From the human T2T-CHM13v2.0 reference genome, Homo sapiens, in assembly GCF_009914755.1 (NCBI RefSeq), contig NC_060927.1: a stretch of 64,000 nt of DNA. One strand, written 5' to 3'. The notes under the pieces were generated by a model. It was not told the DNA's origin and made no database searches. It saw only the letters and a program-made list of their open reading frames with translations. The translations under genes were made by a program, and so were the position numbers. Below are positions 1 through 12,299 of this stretch, piece after piece (the stretch's first letter is position 1; each line of letters opens with the position of its first letter).

Positions 1-321
1 TCCAGAAAGTGAGCTCCTTGAAGGGATTGCCTCTGATGCTATAATCATTCTACTGTATGGTGCTTAGTACAAGTCTAAGTACCCAGAGACACTCATAAAT
101 AATGATGGTTTCCAATTGACATCTCAAATATGGCTGATAACTTAATGTGGGTAATTTTATTTATCATTTGAAAATATATCCTCAGATACGGTTTACTAAT
201 GAGATTCCATTTGGAAAAAATATTATTAAGTTTAATATAACATTTGTGAAACATATTGAATTTTCTTGATTTTAACTGTTAAAGTAATATGTTGGCCCAG
301 TGAAAACACCAAATAGTAAAG

Positions 322-322
<1 letters not shown>

Positions 323-362
<40 letters not shown>
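323..362. repeat. (AC)20 microsatellite
   Basis: Perfect AC run read directly. Confidence 0.97.
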
Positions 363-365
<3 letters not shown>

Positions 366-1074
366 ATGTTCTCTCTCCCATACTTTCCTTCCTTTGGTCT
401 CAGTCCCTAGAGGCAAACTTTAAATTGCTTCTGTTTAAGTCCCTCTCTCATTTAACTCCATTAACACCAGATAATATGCAGATACTTCAAATTTCTCAAT
501 TTATTAGGACAATATCAATTTTTACATGAGAGATAAGAATTAGCTGACACTAATCCTATCTTCGTTCTCTCTCTGATCCAATTTTATCAAACATTTTATT
601 TTTAATTCTCCTATTGGATACGTTTTAGACCTAAGATAATATATTGATAGCTCCAGTTATTGATTATTCCATCAACTTTGGTATCTCAAATACCCTGTAT
701 GTAAAATAACACCAGTAACCCTTCTCTTTTGTTTTTGAGTCCATTATCCCTCCTTAATTTTATCTTTCACATTCTCTTAGTCAAAGCTATTAACATTTGC
801 TTTTTTTTAACGTTTATTAACATTTACATTCTGTTTTGCCAAAGTTGTTCACATTTACTCTCTGTAATTATGAGTTAATATTCTGTGCTTTGACTATAAG
901 CTCATCCTAAAAGTTGAAAGCCCAATAAATAAAACTTCCATTGTCATTATGTAAATAGAATTTACTATAGCTACATTTTGTGCTAAGATTACATATTTGT
1001 GCTAATAAGAGAATGCTATTGATGTAAAAAATGAATTCTCTTCATTGCTTAATTTTGTTATGTAGAAAAAATTT

Positions 1075-1650
1075 ATTTAGAGATTTTTGAGGTAAAATTT
1101 ACTTAAAATATACACACTTGAAATGTACAATGTAAAGTTTGGACAAGTGCATATACCTGGGGAATGCATAACTCTATCAAATCAAGAATATTTTCAACAC
1201 TCCAGAAAGTTCCCACATACACCTTATCAGCAAGTCCTCACTCACCTGCAGAGGCAACAACTTTTCTGATCTTCTTAACTGTGGTTTAATTGTGCTTGTT
1301 CTAGAACTTTATATAAGTGGGATCATAGAGTAATTACCTAGAGGAATTCCATTCATATATATGGAATTTTTTTTGTATCCTGATTCTTCCTCTCAGCATG
1401 ATATCTGTGAGATTCATTCATATTGATTCATGTATGGGTAGTTTATTAATTTTTCTGATGGTATTCATTGTGTGACTATACCACTTTGTTTATATTCTCC
1501 TTTTGATGGACACCTAGGTTGTTTGTACTTTTTGCTATTTTGGATAAAACTTCTATGAATATTCTTATAATAGTGTTTTGAGACATACATTTTTATATAT
1601 TTTGGGCAAAACCAAAGAGTAGAATTGCTGGATCTTATGGAAAGCATATG
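1075..1650 (-). mobile_element. Old L1M 3' end fragment
   Basis: Antisense L1M 3' motifs: 'tccagaaagttccc', 'gatggacacctaggttgtttgtacttttt', 'agaattgctggatc'. Confidence 0.75.
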
Positions 1651-1689
1651 CCTATTACTTTTATTATTTTTTGCTTTATTTAAATTTTT

Positions 1690-2350
1690 AAAACTAAAGA
1701 CTATGGCAAAATTGGCTTTTGTTAGTGTACATTTCTGTGGGCATTAATAAAAGTATATGGTCATGTAACCCTCATCACAATCAGATATTGTTTCATCACC
1801 ACCCCCCCACCCATATTTTCTTATGCCAAATTGCCGTCAACCTTTTCCCCAACTCCAGCTCCTGGCAACTTCTTTTCTGGTTTCTGTTCCCATTATACTG
1901 TCTTTTCCATAACGTCATATAAATACAGTTATATGATATGTATATAACTGTTTGATTTTGACTTCTTTCACAATGCGTAATGCCTTTGAGATTCATCCAC
2001 ATTGTTGTATGTATTATCAGTTTATTCCTTTTCATTCCTGGGAAGTATTCTTCTATAGAAATATAGCATAGTTTATACATCCATCAGTTGAGGGACATTT
2101 GAGTTGTTTCCAGCTTTTGTTGTTTCCAGCTTTTGATGATTTTGAATGCAGTTATTATTAACATTCATGTATAGGTTTTTATGTAAACATAAATTTTCAT
2201 TTCACTTCGGTAAATACTTAGGAGTGAGATTGCTAGGTTGTGAGGTAAGCATACGCTTAACTTTATAAGAAGTTGCCAAACTCTTTTCCAAAGTGAGTGT
2301 GCCATTTGTTATTCCCATAGCAATACAGCAGAGTTCCAGTTGCTCCCCAA
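1690..2350 (-). mobile_element. Second old L1M 3' end fragment
   Basis: 'ttgagattcatccacattgttg', 'gggtaaata'-like 'ggtaaatacttaggagtgagattgctagg', 'gagttccagttgctcc'. ORF 1796-2080 resembles the L1 ORF2 tail (TTMWMNLKGI). Contains a 16-bp tandem duplication at 2104-2135. Confidence 0.78.
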
Positions 2351-2380
2351 CTGGACTTTTAATTATTGAATTAATCATAA

Positions 2381-2871
2381 TACCTAATAGTTAATTGTAT
2401 GTTCACTGCTTCGTTTAGTATGGCAGTAACCCTCAATTCTTCCCGAGCTTCACAGTATAGGTATTTTCTATTTAGCAGAAAATCAGATGCCACCTGGATT
2501 TTCAATAATAAAAACCATATATTTAAATTAAACAATGGCTCTGCCATTTACTAGCTGTCTGATCTCACCTAATGCTTCTGAAACTCAGTGTCATGAGTTT
2601 TGTAATGAAGATAATAATATCCATTGACTCAACAAATTTTGCTGAGTATATGTCATGTTCCAACCCCTGCTCTGGCACTGTGGATACAATAGTGGATACA
2701 ACATAGGCCCTGCCTAAAGAAACCTAAAGGAAGGTACAGTGTGTTAAGTGCCATGATAAGGGCAAGAACCAGTTACTATGGAAGCACATTGAAAGATCAA
2801 CTCATGGCATTGTGGGGAGAGTTAAATTAAATATGGCTTATTGAGCAACTGACATGATGCTTAACACATTG
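2381..2871 (+). repeat. Left arm of ~490-bp inverted duplication (unique DNA plus MIR interrupted by an L2 fragment)
   Basis: Aligns by eye to the reverse complement of 9465-10260 once the Alu is removed. About 15 mismatches over 2539-2680. Confidence 0.92.
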
Positions 2872-4699
2872 GATATAGTACCAACTGGGTCTAGACAGTT
2901 TTAAAATTCTGCTTTGAAATTCCTTCCGAACCTCTGACATGTATATGAATGACTATTGATGCAGTTTTGTACTTTGAGTCTGGATTCAATTTTTAGAAAT
3001 GTCAGAAATCATTTGTTGACCTGACCTGGTGAAATGAGGAAGAGATCTGGAAATAAAATATCTCCAAGTCAATGCAACTGAGTTTTATTAAGTAACTCTC
3101 CTTAGACCTCAGATTTTAGGGAAAAAATGCACGTGAATACATATATTCTGGGATATCTGTCAAAATCAATCTTATTCTTTTAAAGCCACCTCTCATATGT
3201 AAATTGTTTGACTTTATAAAGTACGACCTTCTTGCCTTTTTAGATATTACAATTCATTTGGTGGACAATTAGTGGTGGATTATTGAATTTTCATATTCAA
3301 TAACACCTAGGCTTATTATAAATTATCTATTGAAGATTTCCAACCTATTGTAGTTATAAACTATATAGTCCTCTTTTCTAAAGTTATTATTAAAAATATT
3401 TATTTGAGTTGACTAACATTTATAACAGAAAATAAAATGTCTACATCTTGAACCTTTCTTGAGTACTAAAAGAGCACTCCAGAAGGATGTAGTTGCTCTG
3501 GAGATATTGATACATTATCAACTTTTGAAAGAAAAACAACCCTTGAAAGTTACCAATAAGGGATCTAGAAGAACGCCGTCCATATAACAAGAAGTTGTTT
3601 GATGAATTAATATGCTTTATGCTATAATTGAATGACTGAAATAACTAGTATATAACTATACTTTTATTAAGCAAAACCATCTGAAAGTAAAGCATATTGA
3701 TAATTACCAAGTAGTATTTAAATGATTGTATATTGATAGTTGATTAATAGATACCATGGTCTTTTGATAAGATTAGTCTTAGATAATTTAGATTCTTTCT
3801 TTCTAGGAAGAAAAACAGTAGTGGATGTCTTAAGTGCTTCTTAGTCTATCAGTGGTGCTAAATAAACCTTAGTGTGGTCTTTCAAATATCCAGTTTCCAC
3901 ATGTAGATCAAAGGTACAAAATCTAGGAGGTTATTTGTGGTGATGGTTATATCCTTCTCAATAGTAATTCAAATAAGATTCTATTGATTTAACTTTCTTT
4001 AAACTTAGTTGAGCCGCACATATGCACATTTTAATGTTTAGTAATAGGTGGTAAGAAAATTATTCTCTGGTGGTTAAACCTAGTTTTACTGCCTTATTAG
4101 TAATAAGAGCTCTGCCACCCCTCTGATTAGTCATGACTTTCTTGTTGGCCCCCACTAAAATTTGGAGTTCTTTACATGGCTTCTGATGTTCAAGAAAGTG
4201 ACACAAAGGTCCCCAATTTTGGGGACTCCTTTTTTTGTTTTATATTCATGCCTTAGTGAAGCACACATGCAGTAGCTAGATCTGTATCTCTTAAAAACTC
4301 ACTTCAGAAAGTCAGTGACAGACGTTTTTGAACTCATCTGCCAAGAGACTGTTTCATCCTGTTTGTTGAATAATGTAGTTCCCGAGTATTTTTTCTCCAG
4401 GCAGAGGTCTTCATCTGGAGTACCAAAATAGTGGCAAAAATTTTATTGCTTTAGTGTCTTTACTTTCTGTATCAGGTGTTTGCCCCCAAAATATCACAAA
4501 GTTAAGCTTGCATCTGCTCTCTTCCTATATTACTTCAACAGGAGATTTTATGCAAGTGTGGCAGAGGCAGAAGTGGCTTTTAGATATGGGATTCAAAAGT
4601 CTCTTGCGTATCAACAAACTTATCTCATTGATTATGAAAATATCATCTGACATTGTAGCTTACTCTCTTTTTTCTTATTGATTTAAAAAGTATAATAAT

Positions 4700-5625
4700 G
4701 ATTTGGCAGTAATTTATTGGATATAATACCAAAAGCACAGGCAACAAAAGTAAAATTAGGTAAATTGGGTTACATAAAAATTAAAAACTTCTTTACTTCA
4801 AGGGACACAATCAGCAAGTGAAAGGGCAATCTACATAATGGGAGAAAATATTTGCAAATCATAAATATTGTAAAAGTTTAATATCCAGAATATTTAAAGC
4901 ACTCAACTCAAAACATGCAAACAAACAAATAAAATAACCTGATTAAAAAATGGGCTAAGGGCTTGACTGGACACTTTTCCAAAAAAGATGTGCAAATGGC
5001 CAATAAGCATAAGAAAAGATGATCAACATTCCTAATCATTAGGAAAATGCAAATCGAAGTACAATGACATAACGTCTTTGCAGTAACATGGATGGAGCTG
5101 GAGGCCATTATCCTAAGCTAACTCATGCAGGAATAGGAAACCAAATACCAAATGGATGATCTCACTTATAAGTGAAAGCTAAACATTGTGTACACATGGA
5201 CACAAAGAAGGGAACAATAGACACTAGGTACTACTTGAGGGTGGAGATTGAGAGGAGGGTGAAAACTAAAAATCTACCTATAGGGTACTATGCTTATTAC
5301 CCGGGTAATGAAATAATCTGCATATCAAACCCCCACGACACAAAATTTACCTATATAACGAACCTGCACATGTACCCCTGAAACTCAAACAAAGGTTAAA
5401 AAAAAACTACAATGAGATATCAGTTCACACTCATTTGTATGGTTACTATAAAGAACAAAATCAAAAGTGAAAGCCAGAAAACAGGAAGTGTTGGTGAGGC
5501 TGTGAAGTTACAATATTTGTGCACTATTGGTGGAAACGTAAAATGGTGGAGCTGCTATGAAAAACAGTATGAAGATTAATCAAAATATTAAAAATAGAAT
5601 TACCATTTAAAATAGAATACCAAAA
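4700..5625 (+). mobile_element. L1M (L1MA/MB-like) ORF2 3' fragment split by a younger L1 3' end
   Basis: 'accaaaagcacaggcaacaaaag', 'atgggagaaaatatttgcaaatcata'. Resumes at 'ctacaatgagatatcagttcacac' after 5406. Confidence 0.85.
5068..5406 (+). mobile_element. 5'-truncated L1PA (older, L1PA15/16-like) 3' end with poly(A)
   Basis: 'catggatggagctggaggccattatcctaagc ... aacctgcacatgtacccctgaa' plus an A tail. Flanking repeat 'tacaatga' at 5060-5067 and 5408-5415. Confidence 0.9.
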
Positions 5626-5922
5626 TTCACAAAAGCATAATAGTGACATATTTGTTGTTTTAAAAAAGGGCAATCATAGTGAAGTGTATAAAGTATTAAG
5701 TTAAACTCTTCTCTGGTCCTACTCTTGAGAGGTATCCAGATTAAACTGTTTGAAAATTGTTTCTCTCATGCCAAATGAATGAGGTACAAAAGGTTTCTCT
5801 AAGATATTCATAAAGAAAGCCAGACACACTTGTATAACCATCTGTTCACAATCAATATATGATATGTAGTGTCATTTTTTCTGGGCAATGCTATATATGT
5901 AAAAAAAAAAAAAAGGTGAGGG

Positions 5923-8900
5923 GTCTTAAATTGGGTAGCGTGATGCCTCCAGGTTTGTTCTTTTTGCTTAGGATTGCCTTGGCTCTTTGGGCCCTTTTTT
6001 GGTTCCATATAAATTTTAAAATAGGTTTTTCTAGCTCTGTGAAGAATGTTGTTGGTAATTTGATAGGCATAGCATTGAATCTGTAAATTGTTTTGGGCAG
6101 TGTAATGGTTAATATTGAGTGTCAACTTGATTGGATTAAAGGATGCAAAGTATTGTTCCTGAGTGTGTCTGTGAGGGTGTTGCCAAAGGAGATTAACATT
6201 TGAGTCAGTGGACAGAGAGGCAGACCCACCCTCAATCTGGGTGGGCACCATCTAATCAGCTGCCAGAGAGGCTAGAATGAAGCAGACAGACGTTGAAAGG
6301 ATTTTACTTGTTGAGTCTTCAGGCCTCCATCTTTCTCCCATGCTGGATGCTTCCTGCCCCCAAACATCAAACTCCAAGTTCTTCAGCTTTTGGACTCTTG
6401 GACTTACACCAGTGATTTGCCAGGGGCTCGTGGGCCTTTGATCACAGACTGAAGGCTGCACTGATTGCTCTGGCTAGGACTTCCAATCTGTGTTGAATAG
6501 AGGTGGTGAGAGAGGACATTCTTGTCTTGTGCTGGTTTTCAAGGGGAATGCTTCCAGCTTTTGCCCATTCAGTATAATGTTGGCTGTGGGTTTTTCATAG
6601 ATGGCTCTTACTATTTTGAGGTGTGATCCGTCAATACCTAGTTTATTGAGAGTTTTTAACATGAAGGGGTATTGGACTTTATTGCAAGCCTTTTCTGAGT
6701 CTATTGAGATAATCATGTAGCATTTGTGTTTAGTTCTGTTTATGTGATGAATTACATTTATTGATTTGCATATGCTGAACCAACCTTGCATCCCAGGGGG
6801 AAGCCTTCTTGATCATGGTGGATTAGCTTTATGATGTGCTTCTGGATTCAGTTTGCAAGTATTTTGTTGAGGATTTTTGCATTGATGTTCATCAAGGATA
6901 TTGGCCTGAAGTTTTCTTTTTTTGTTGTGTCTCTGCCAGGTTTTGGTATCAAGAGGATGCTGGCCTCATAGAGTGAGTTGGGAAGGAGACCCCCCTTCTC
7001 AATTTTTTGAAATAGTTTCAGTAGGAATAGTATTATGTCTTCTTTGCACATCTGGTAGATTTGGCTGTGAATCCATTAGGTCTCAGGCTTCTTTTGGTTG
7101 GTAGCTATTTATTAATGATTCAATTTTGGAGCTCATTATTGGTCTATTCAGGGAATCAATTTATTCCCGACTCAGTCTTGGGAAGGTGTATGTGGCCAGG
7201 AATTTATTCCTCTCTTCTAGGTTTTCTAGTTTGTGTGCATAGAGGTGTTCATAGTAGTTTCTGATGATTGTTTTTATCTCTGTGGTGTCAGTAGTAACAT
7301 TCCCTTCATCATTTCTAATTGTGTTTATTTGGCTCTTCCCTCTTTTCTCTTTTATAAGTCTAGCTAGCAGCCTATCTTTTTTTTATATATAAAACACCAA
7401 CTTCTGAATTCATGGATCTTTTAAATGGTTTTTCATGTCTCGGTTTCCTTCAGCTCAGCTCTAATTTTTGTTATTTCTCATCTTCTGCTAGCTTTGGGGC
7501 TGATTTGTTCTTGCTTCTTTAATTCTTTCAGTTGTGAAGTTAGGTTAATTTGAGATCTTCGTAACTTTTTGATGTGGACAGTTCATGCTATGAATTTTCC
7601 TCTTAACACTGCCTTAGCTGTGTCCCAGAGATTCTGGTATGTTGTATCTTTGTTCTCATTTTCAAAGAATTTCTTGATTTTTGCTTTAATTTTACTACAT
7701 ACCCAGAAATCATTCAGGAGTGTGTTGTTTAATTTTCATGTAATTGCATGGTTTTGAGCCATTTCTATTGTCTTGACTTCTATTTTTATTGTGCTTGTTC
7801 CAAAATTGTGCTTGGTATGATTTTGGTTCTTTTACATTTGTTGAGGATTGCTTTATATCCAATTATGTGGTCAATTTCAGAGTATATGCCATGTGGCAAT
7901 GATAAGAATATATATTCTGTTGTTTTTTGGTGGAGAGTTTTGTTAAGGTCTATCAGATTCATTTGGTTCAATGTTGAGTTTAGGTCCTGAATATCTTTAT
8001 TAATTTTCTACCTCAATGTTCTGTCTAACACTGTCAGTGGAGGGTTGAAGTCTCCCACTATTATTATGTAGGAGCCTATGTCTCTTTGTAGGTCTCTAAG
8101 AACTTGCATTATGAATCTGGGTGCTCCTGTGTTGGGTGCATATATATTTAGGATAGGTAGTTCTTCTTGTTGAATTGAAGACTTTACCATTATGTAATGC
8201 CATCTTTGTCTTTTTTGATCTTTGTTGTTTTGAAATCTGTTTTGCTTGAAAGTAGAATTGCAACTCCTGCTTTTTTCTGTTTCCCATTTGCTTGGTAGAT
8301 TTTCCTTCATCTCTTTGAGTCTATGAGTGAGATTGGTCTCTTGAAGACAGCATATCATTAGGTCTTGCTTTTTTTTTCAGCTTGCCACTTTGTGCCTTTT
8401 AAGTGGAGCATTTAGCCTGTTTATGTTCAAGTATTTATATGCATAGATTTGATCCTGTCATTGTGCTGTCAGCTGGCTATTACATTGGCTTGTTTGTGTT
8501 GTTGCTTTACAGTGACCCTGATCCATATGTTTAAGTGTGTTTTTGTATTAGCTGATGTTGGTCTTTCCTTTCTATATTTAGTGATCCTTTCAAGATCTCT
8601 TGTAAGGCAGGTCTGGTGGTAATGAATTCCCTCAATATTTGCTTATCTGAAAAGGATCTTATTTCTCCTTCACTTAGCTTGGTTTGGCTGGATATGAAAT
8701 TATGGTTGAAGATTTTTTTCTTTAAAAATGTTGAATATAGGCCCACAATCTCTTCTGGCTTATAAGGTTTCAGCTGAGAGGTACACTGTTAGCCTGATGG
8801 GATTCCCTTTGCAGGTTACATGACCCTTCTCTCTAGCTGCCTTTAGCCTTCTTGTTTTCATTTCAACCTTGATGATATGTGTTTTGGGGATGATCGTCTT

Positions 8901-8960
8901 GTATAGTATCTTGTAGGAGTTTGCTGTATTTCCTGAATTTGACTGTTGGCCTCTCTATCA
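5923..8960 (-). mobile_element. L1 (older L1PA) fragment, ORF1 3' part and ORF2 EN/RT, disrupted and interrupted by MLT2A
   Basis: ORF fragments 8008-8358 (NIYAPNTGAP..GDFNPPL, endonuclease), 6848-7051 ([10 protein letters not shown]), 6474-6791 (RT-like) and 8531-8746 (ORF1 C-terminus, FITTRPALQE). Confidence 0.95.
6101..6463 (+). mobile_element. MLT2A (ERVL) LTR, 3'-truncated
   Basis: Begins 'tgtaatggttaatattgagtgtcaacttgattggatt..gagattaacatttgagtcagtgg', matching the MLT2A1/A2 5' end. Stops at 'gaaggctgcactg'. Confidence 0.9.
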
Positions 8961-9340
8961 ACCACAGAATACTATTTAATCATAAAAAAGAATCATACCA
9001 TGTCATTCTATCATGTAATTTGTGGGAACATGGATGAAGCTGGAGGCTATTATCCTTAGCAAGCTAATGCAGGAACAGAAAACTAAATACTTCATGTTCT
9101 CACTTACATGTGGGAGCAAAATGATAGGAACTTTATGAACACAAAAAGGAAACAACAGGGGGACTACTTGAGATGAGAGGGTGGGAGGAGGGAGAGGAGA
9201 AGAAAATATAACTGTTGGGTACTGGGCTCAATACCTGGGTGATGAAATAATCTGTACAATGAATCCCCTTGATATGTGTTTACCTGTGTAGCAAATGTTC
9301 ACATGCACCCACAAACCTAAAATAAAAGTTTAAAAAAAAG
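8961..9340 (+). mobile_element. L1PA 3' end with poly(A), directly abutting the inverted L1 segment
   Basis: 'catggatgaagctggaggctattatccttagc ... cctaaaataaaagtttaaaaaaaa'. Confidence 0.9.
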
Positions 9341-9464
9341 AAATCATATTTGTTCATCCCACATCACACAGTGTTGCTAACATTCCTCATTTTCTAATGT
9401 GGAATAAACATGCCATCTGGTTTGTAAACAAAAAGGGGGGTTGGCTAATACTTCTCAGTATCTA

Positions 9465-10260
9465 CAATGTGTTAGGCAATGTGTCAGTTGCTCTATAAAT
9501 ATTCTTATTTTAACCCTCTCCAGAATGCTAGGAGTTAATCCTTTAATATACTTCCATAGTAACTGGTTCTTGTCTTCATCATGGCACTTAACATACTGTA
9601 CCTTCCTGTTGGTTCCTTGAGGCAGGGCCTATGTTGTATCCTCAGTGCCAGAGCAGAGGTTGAAACATGATGTATACTCAGCAATATTTGTTGAGTTGAT
9701 GGATATTATTATCTTCATTTTAAAACTCATCACACTGAGTTTCAAAAGTGTTAGGCAAGATCAGACAGCTAGTAAATGGCAGAGCTATCATTTAATTAGT
9801 TAATTTTTATTTATGTATTTATTTATTGAGATGGAGTCTCATTCTGTCACCCAAGCTGGACTGCAGTAGTGCCATCTCAGCTCACTGAAACCTCTGCCTG
9901 CCAGGTACAAGCAATTGTCTGCCACAGCCTCCCATGTAGCTGGGACTACAGGTTCATACCACTGCACCTGGCTAATTTTTGTATTTTTAGTAGAGATGGG
10001 GTTTCACCATGATGGCCAGGCTGGTCTCCAACTCCTGACTTCAAATGATCTGCCTGCCTTAGCTTCCCAAAATGCTGGGATTATAGGCATGAGCCATTGT
10101 GCTTGGCTTATCATTTAAATTGAATATATGGTTTTTCTTATTGAAAATCCAGGTGATGTCTCTGATTTTCTACTAAATAGAAGATTCTCATACTGAGGAG
10201 CTAGGGAAGAACTAAGGGCCACTGCCATACTAAATGAAGTAGTGAATTTAGAATTAGGTA
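9465..10260 (-). repeat. Right arm of inverted duplication (interrupted by an AluS)
   Basis: Reverse complement matches 2381-2871 on both sides of the Alu. Confidence 0.92.
9798..10108 (-). mobile_element. AluS
   Basis: Full dimer in antisense. TSD 'tatcatttaa' at 9786-9795 and 10109-10118. Confidence 0.95.
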
Positions 10261-12299
10261 CCCAGCTCAGTGGAATCAGAGACAAAATTAAGTCTGACAT
10301 GTATGATGATAACAGTTGGCATTTGCAAAAACTTTATGTGGCATTATATATTCATTAATTAGTCTACATAATACTTCATTATCTGAGTCTTCATTACTGA
10401 ATTTTAAGTACTTCAGAAACAACACTGAATTAGCAATTAAACCAAGTCACATGAATAAACAGACACAGTAAAACATTCCAGGAAGTCAAAGTGAACCTTC
10501 ATGTTCTTGGGAATAAGAACTCAGAAATCAGGCTTTTCTTCATACTATAATGAAAACTATTCTTCTTCTTTAGGCTATCATTTCCCATGAAGCAGCCAGA
10601 CAATTTAATGGTGCATCTGAGTTAATGGAGTTTTATATTTCAGTTAAATAATCAAATTTTTTACATTTATTTCTGTTTTAACAGAAATTAGTTATTCAGA
10701 ATTTTATTATCCAATGTATTTTTTGAAATGTAAATTTTTCAGTCTCTGGAAGTGAAAAAAAGCAGAATAAATGTTTAATATATACATTCTTTAATTAGAC
10801 TGAAACTTTCCAGGTTAAAAGTAAAATTAATTCAGCTCTGAAAAATATTTACCTCAATATAAAGAAATAGAGAAAAGGTGAGGGGGAAGCATACAGAGTA
10901 GAAAGTGTGTTTTAAATACCGAGTTTTTTAAAAAATATATACTATATAGTGATCTTTTTACCTCTTTTTTCATGGGAGATGTGAATGGGAGGTAAATGTT
11001 AGAATAGGTATTTGTTTCAGAAAGAGATGTCTGCGAAAACTGACATATTTCAGTTGAAATGGGATTTTGGAAAGGGAGAAGACTATTCCACAGGTTCTTT
11101 TTTCTATAACAGAGAAGCCCCAGGAGGTGATTAAGGCCATCCCTACACCCCTCCTGGACTCCTGCTAGAGCTTTAAGGTAATGACTCAAACTAAACGGTG
11201 GGCAAATGGGATTTTCCTCTGTGAATTCTTATGTTTTCAGAGCTTTCCAGAAGCAATATTTTTGGAAGCCTGGAGAAGAAGCCTTGTTGTTTCTTCTGTC
11301 TGCTGTGAGAAGGAGCCTAATAACAGAAATTGTGCCATGCTCTGGCCCCATGAGGAGGCTCTAGTTTTGTTTCCTTCCTCAGACAAGGTGGAATTATTTT
11401 TAAGTGGTTGAAATGAAAACAGATCAAGTTAGTAGTTCAAAAATCTAAACCATGAACAGTTGCTACCCACTAAGAGCTGTAAAAATGCTAGGTCTTAGTT
11501 AAGCAAGAGACATCTAGGAAATATTAGAACCTTGTCTGGAGTGTGGCTGGTACAGTGGGTATTTCAAGGCTTGAAGCCAGAAAGAACATCTGTAATGTGG
11601 AGGAAACAGGCAGGTTCACTAGCAGTCCCTAGAGGTACACATTGATGGGTGAGGGTTAGCAGTGCTACAGATCACTCAAATGACATGGAAATAATATATC
11701 TATTCCTGATGTTTTTGACTCCAGATTGAGATGAATGAAAAGATGTCACTCTGTCTTTGAGGATGCTGTGTCAATTTGGTCATTAGTGTTACTCATGGAG
11801 TGGTAATCATACACAAGAGACAGGTATATGGCATCTAAGAGAAAAAAATGTAGTCAAAACTTCTTTAGAAATACTGAGGGGGATGCATTCAATTGTAAAA
11901 TAATTTTAAAAGTTGAAAATACAGTCATTCATTTCTTCTCCATAAAAATTGCCTGTCAAGTTAGGTGGTGAAGAAATATGAATGAAACAAGCTAATTTAT
12001 AAGTAACTGATTTAAAACAGAGTTGTAGGGCAATGAGATATAATGATGGTCTAGCCACATGTTTCAGTTGCACAGGTTTCTGTGTTTCTACTTAGGCCAG
12101 ATTTGTGTACCACTTATGTAGAAATTTTTTTTAGTAGATTCCAAAATTGCCTTGGTAAAACATTCATCAAAAATTTATTTTAAAATTTCATAAGAAGAAT
12201 GCAGATGGGCTGTATTTTATGTATATATATATATTATATATATATATATGTACACACACACAATATGAGAAGATATTCAGCCTTTCTACAAAAGCACAA

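Noticed and set aside
1048-1058. 'cttaattttgt' as an extension of the inverted duplication beyond the L1M fragments (vs ~10282-10292)
   Set aside because: An 11-bp AT-rich match without flanking similarity is expected by chance.
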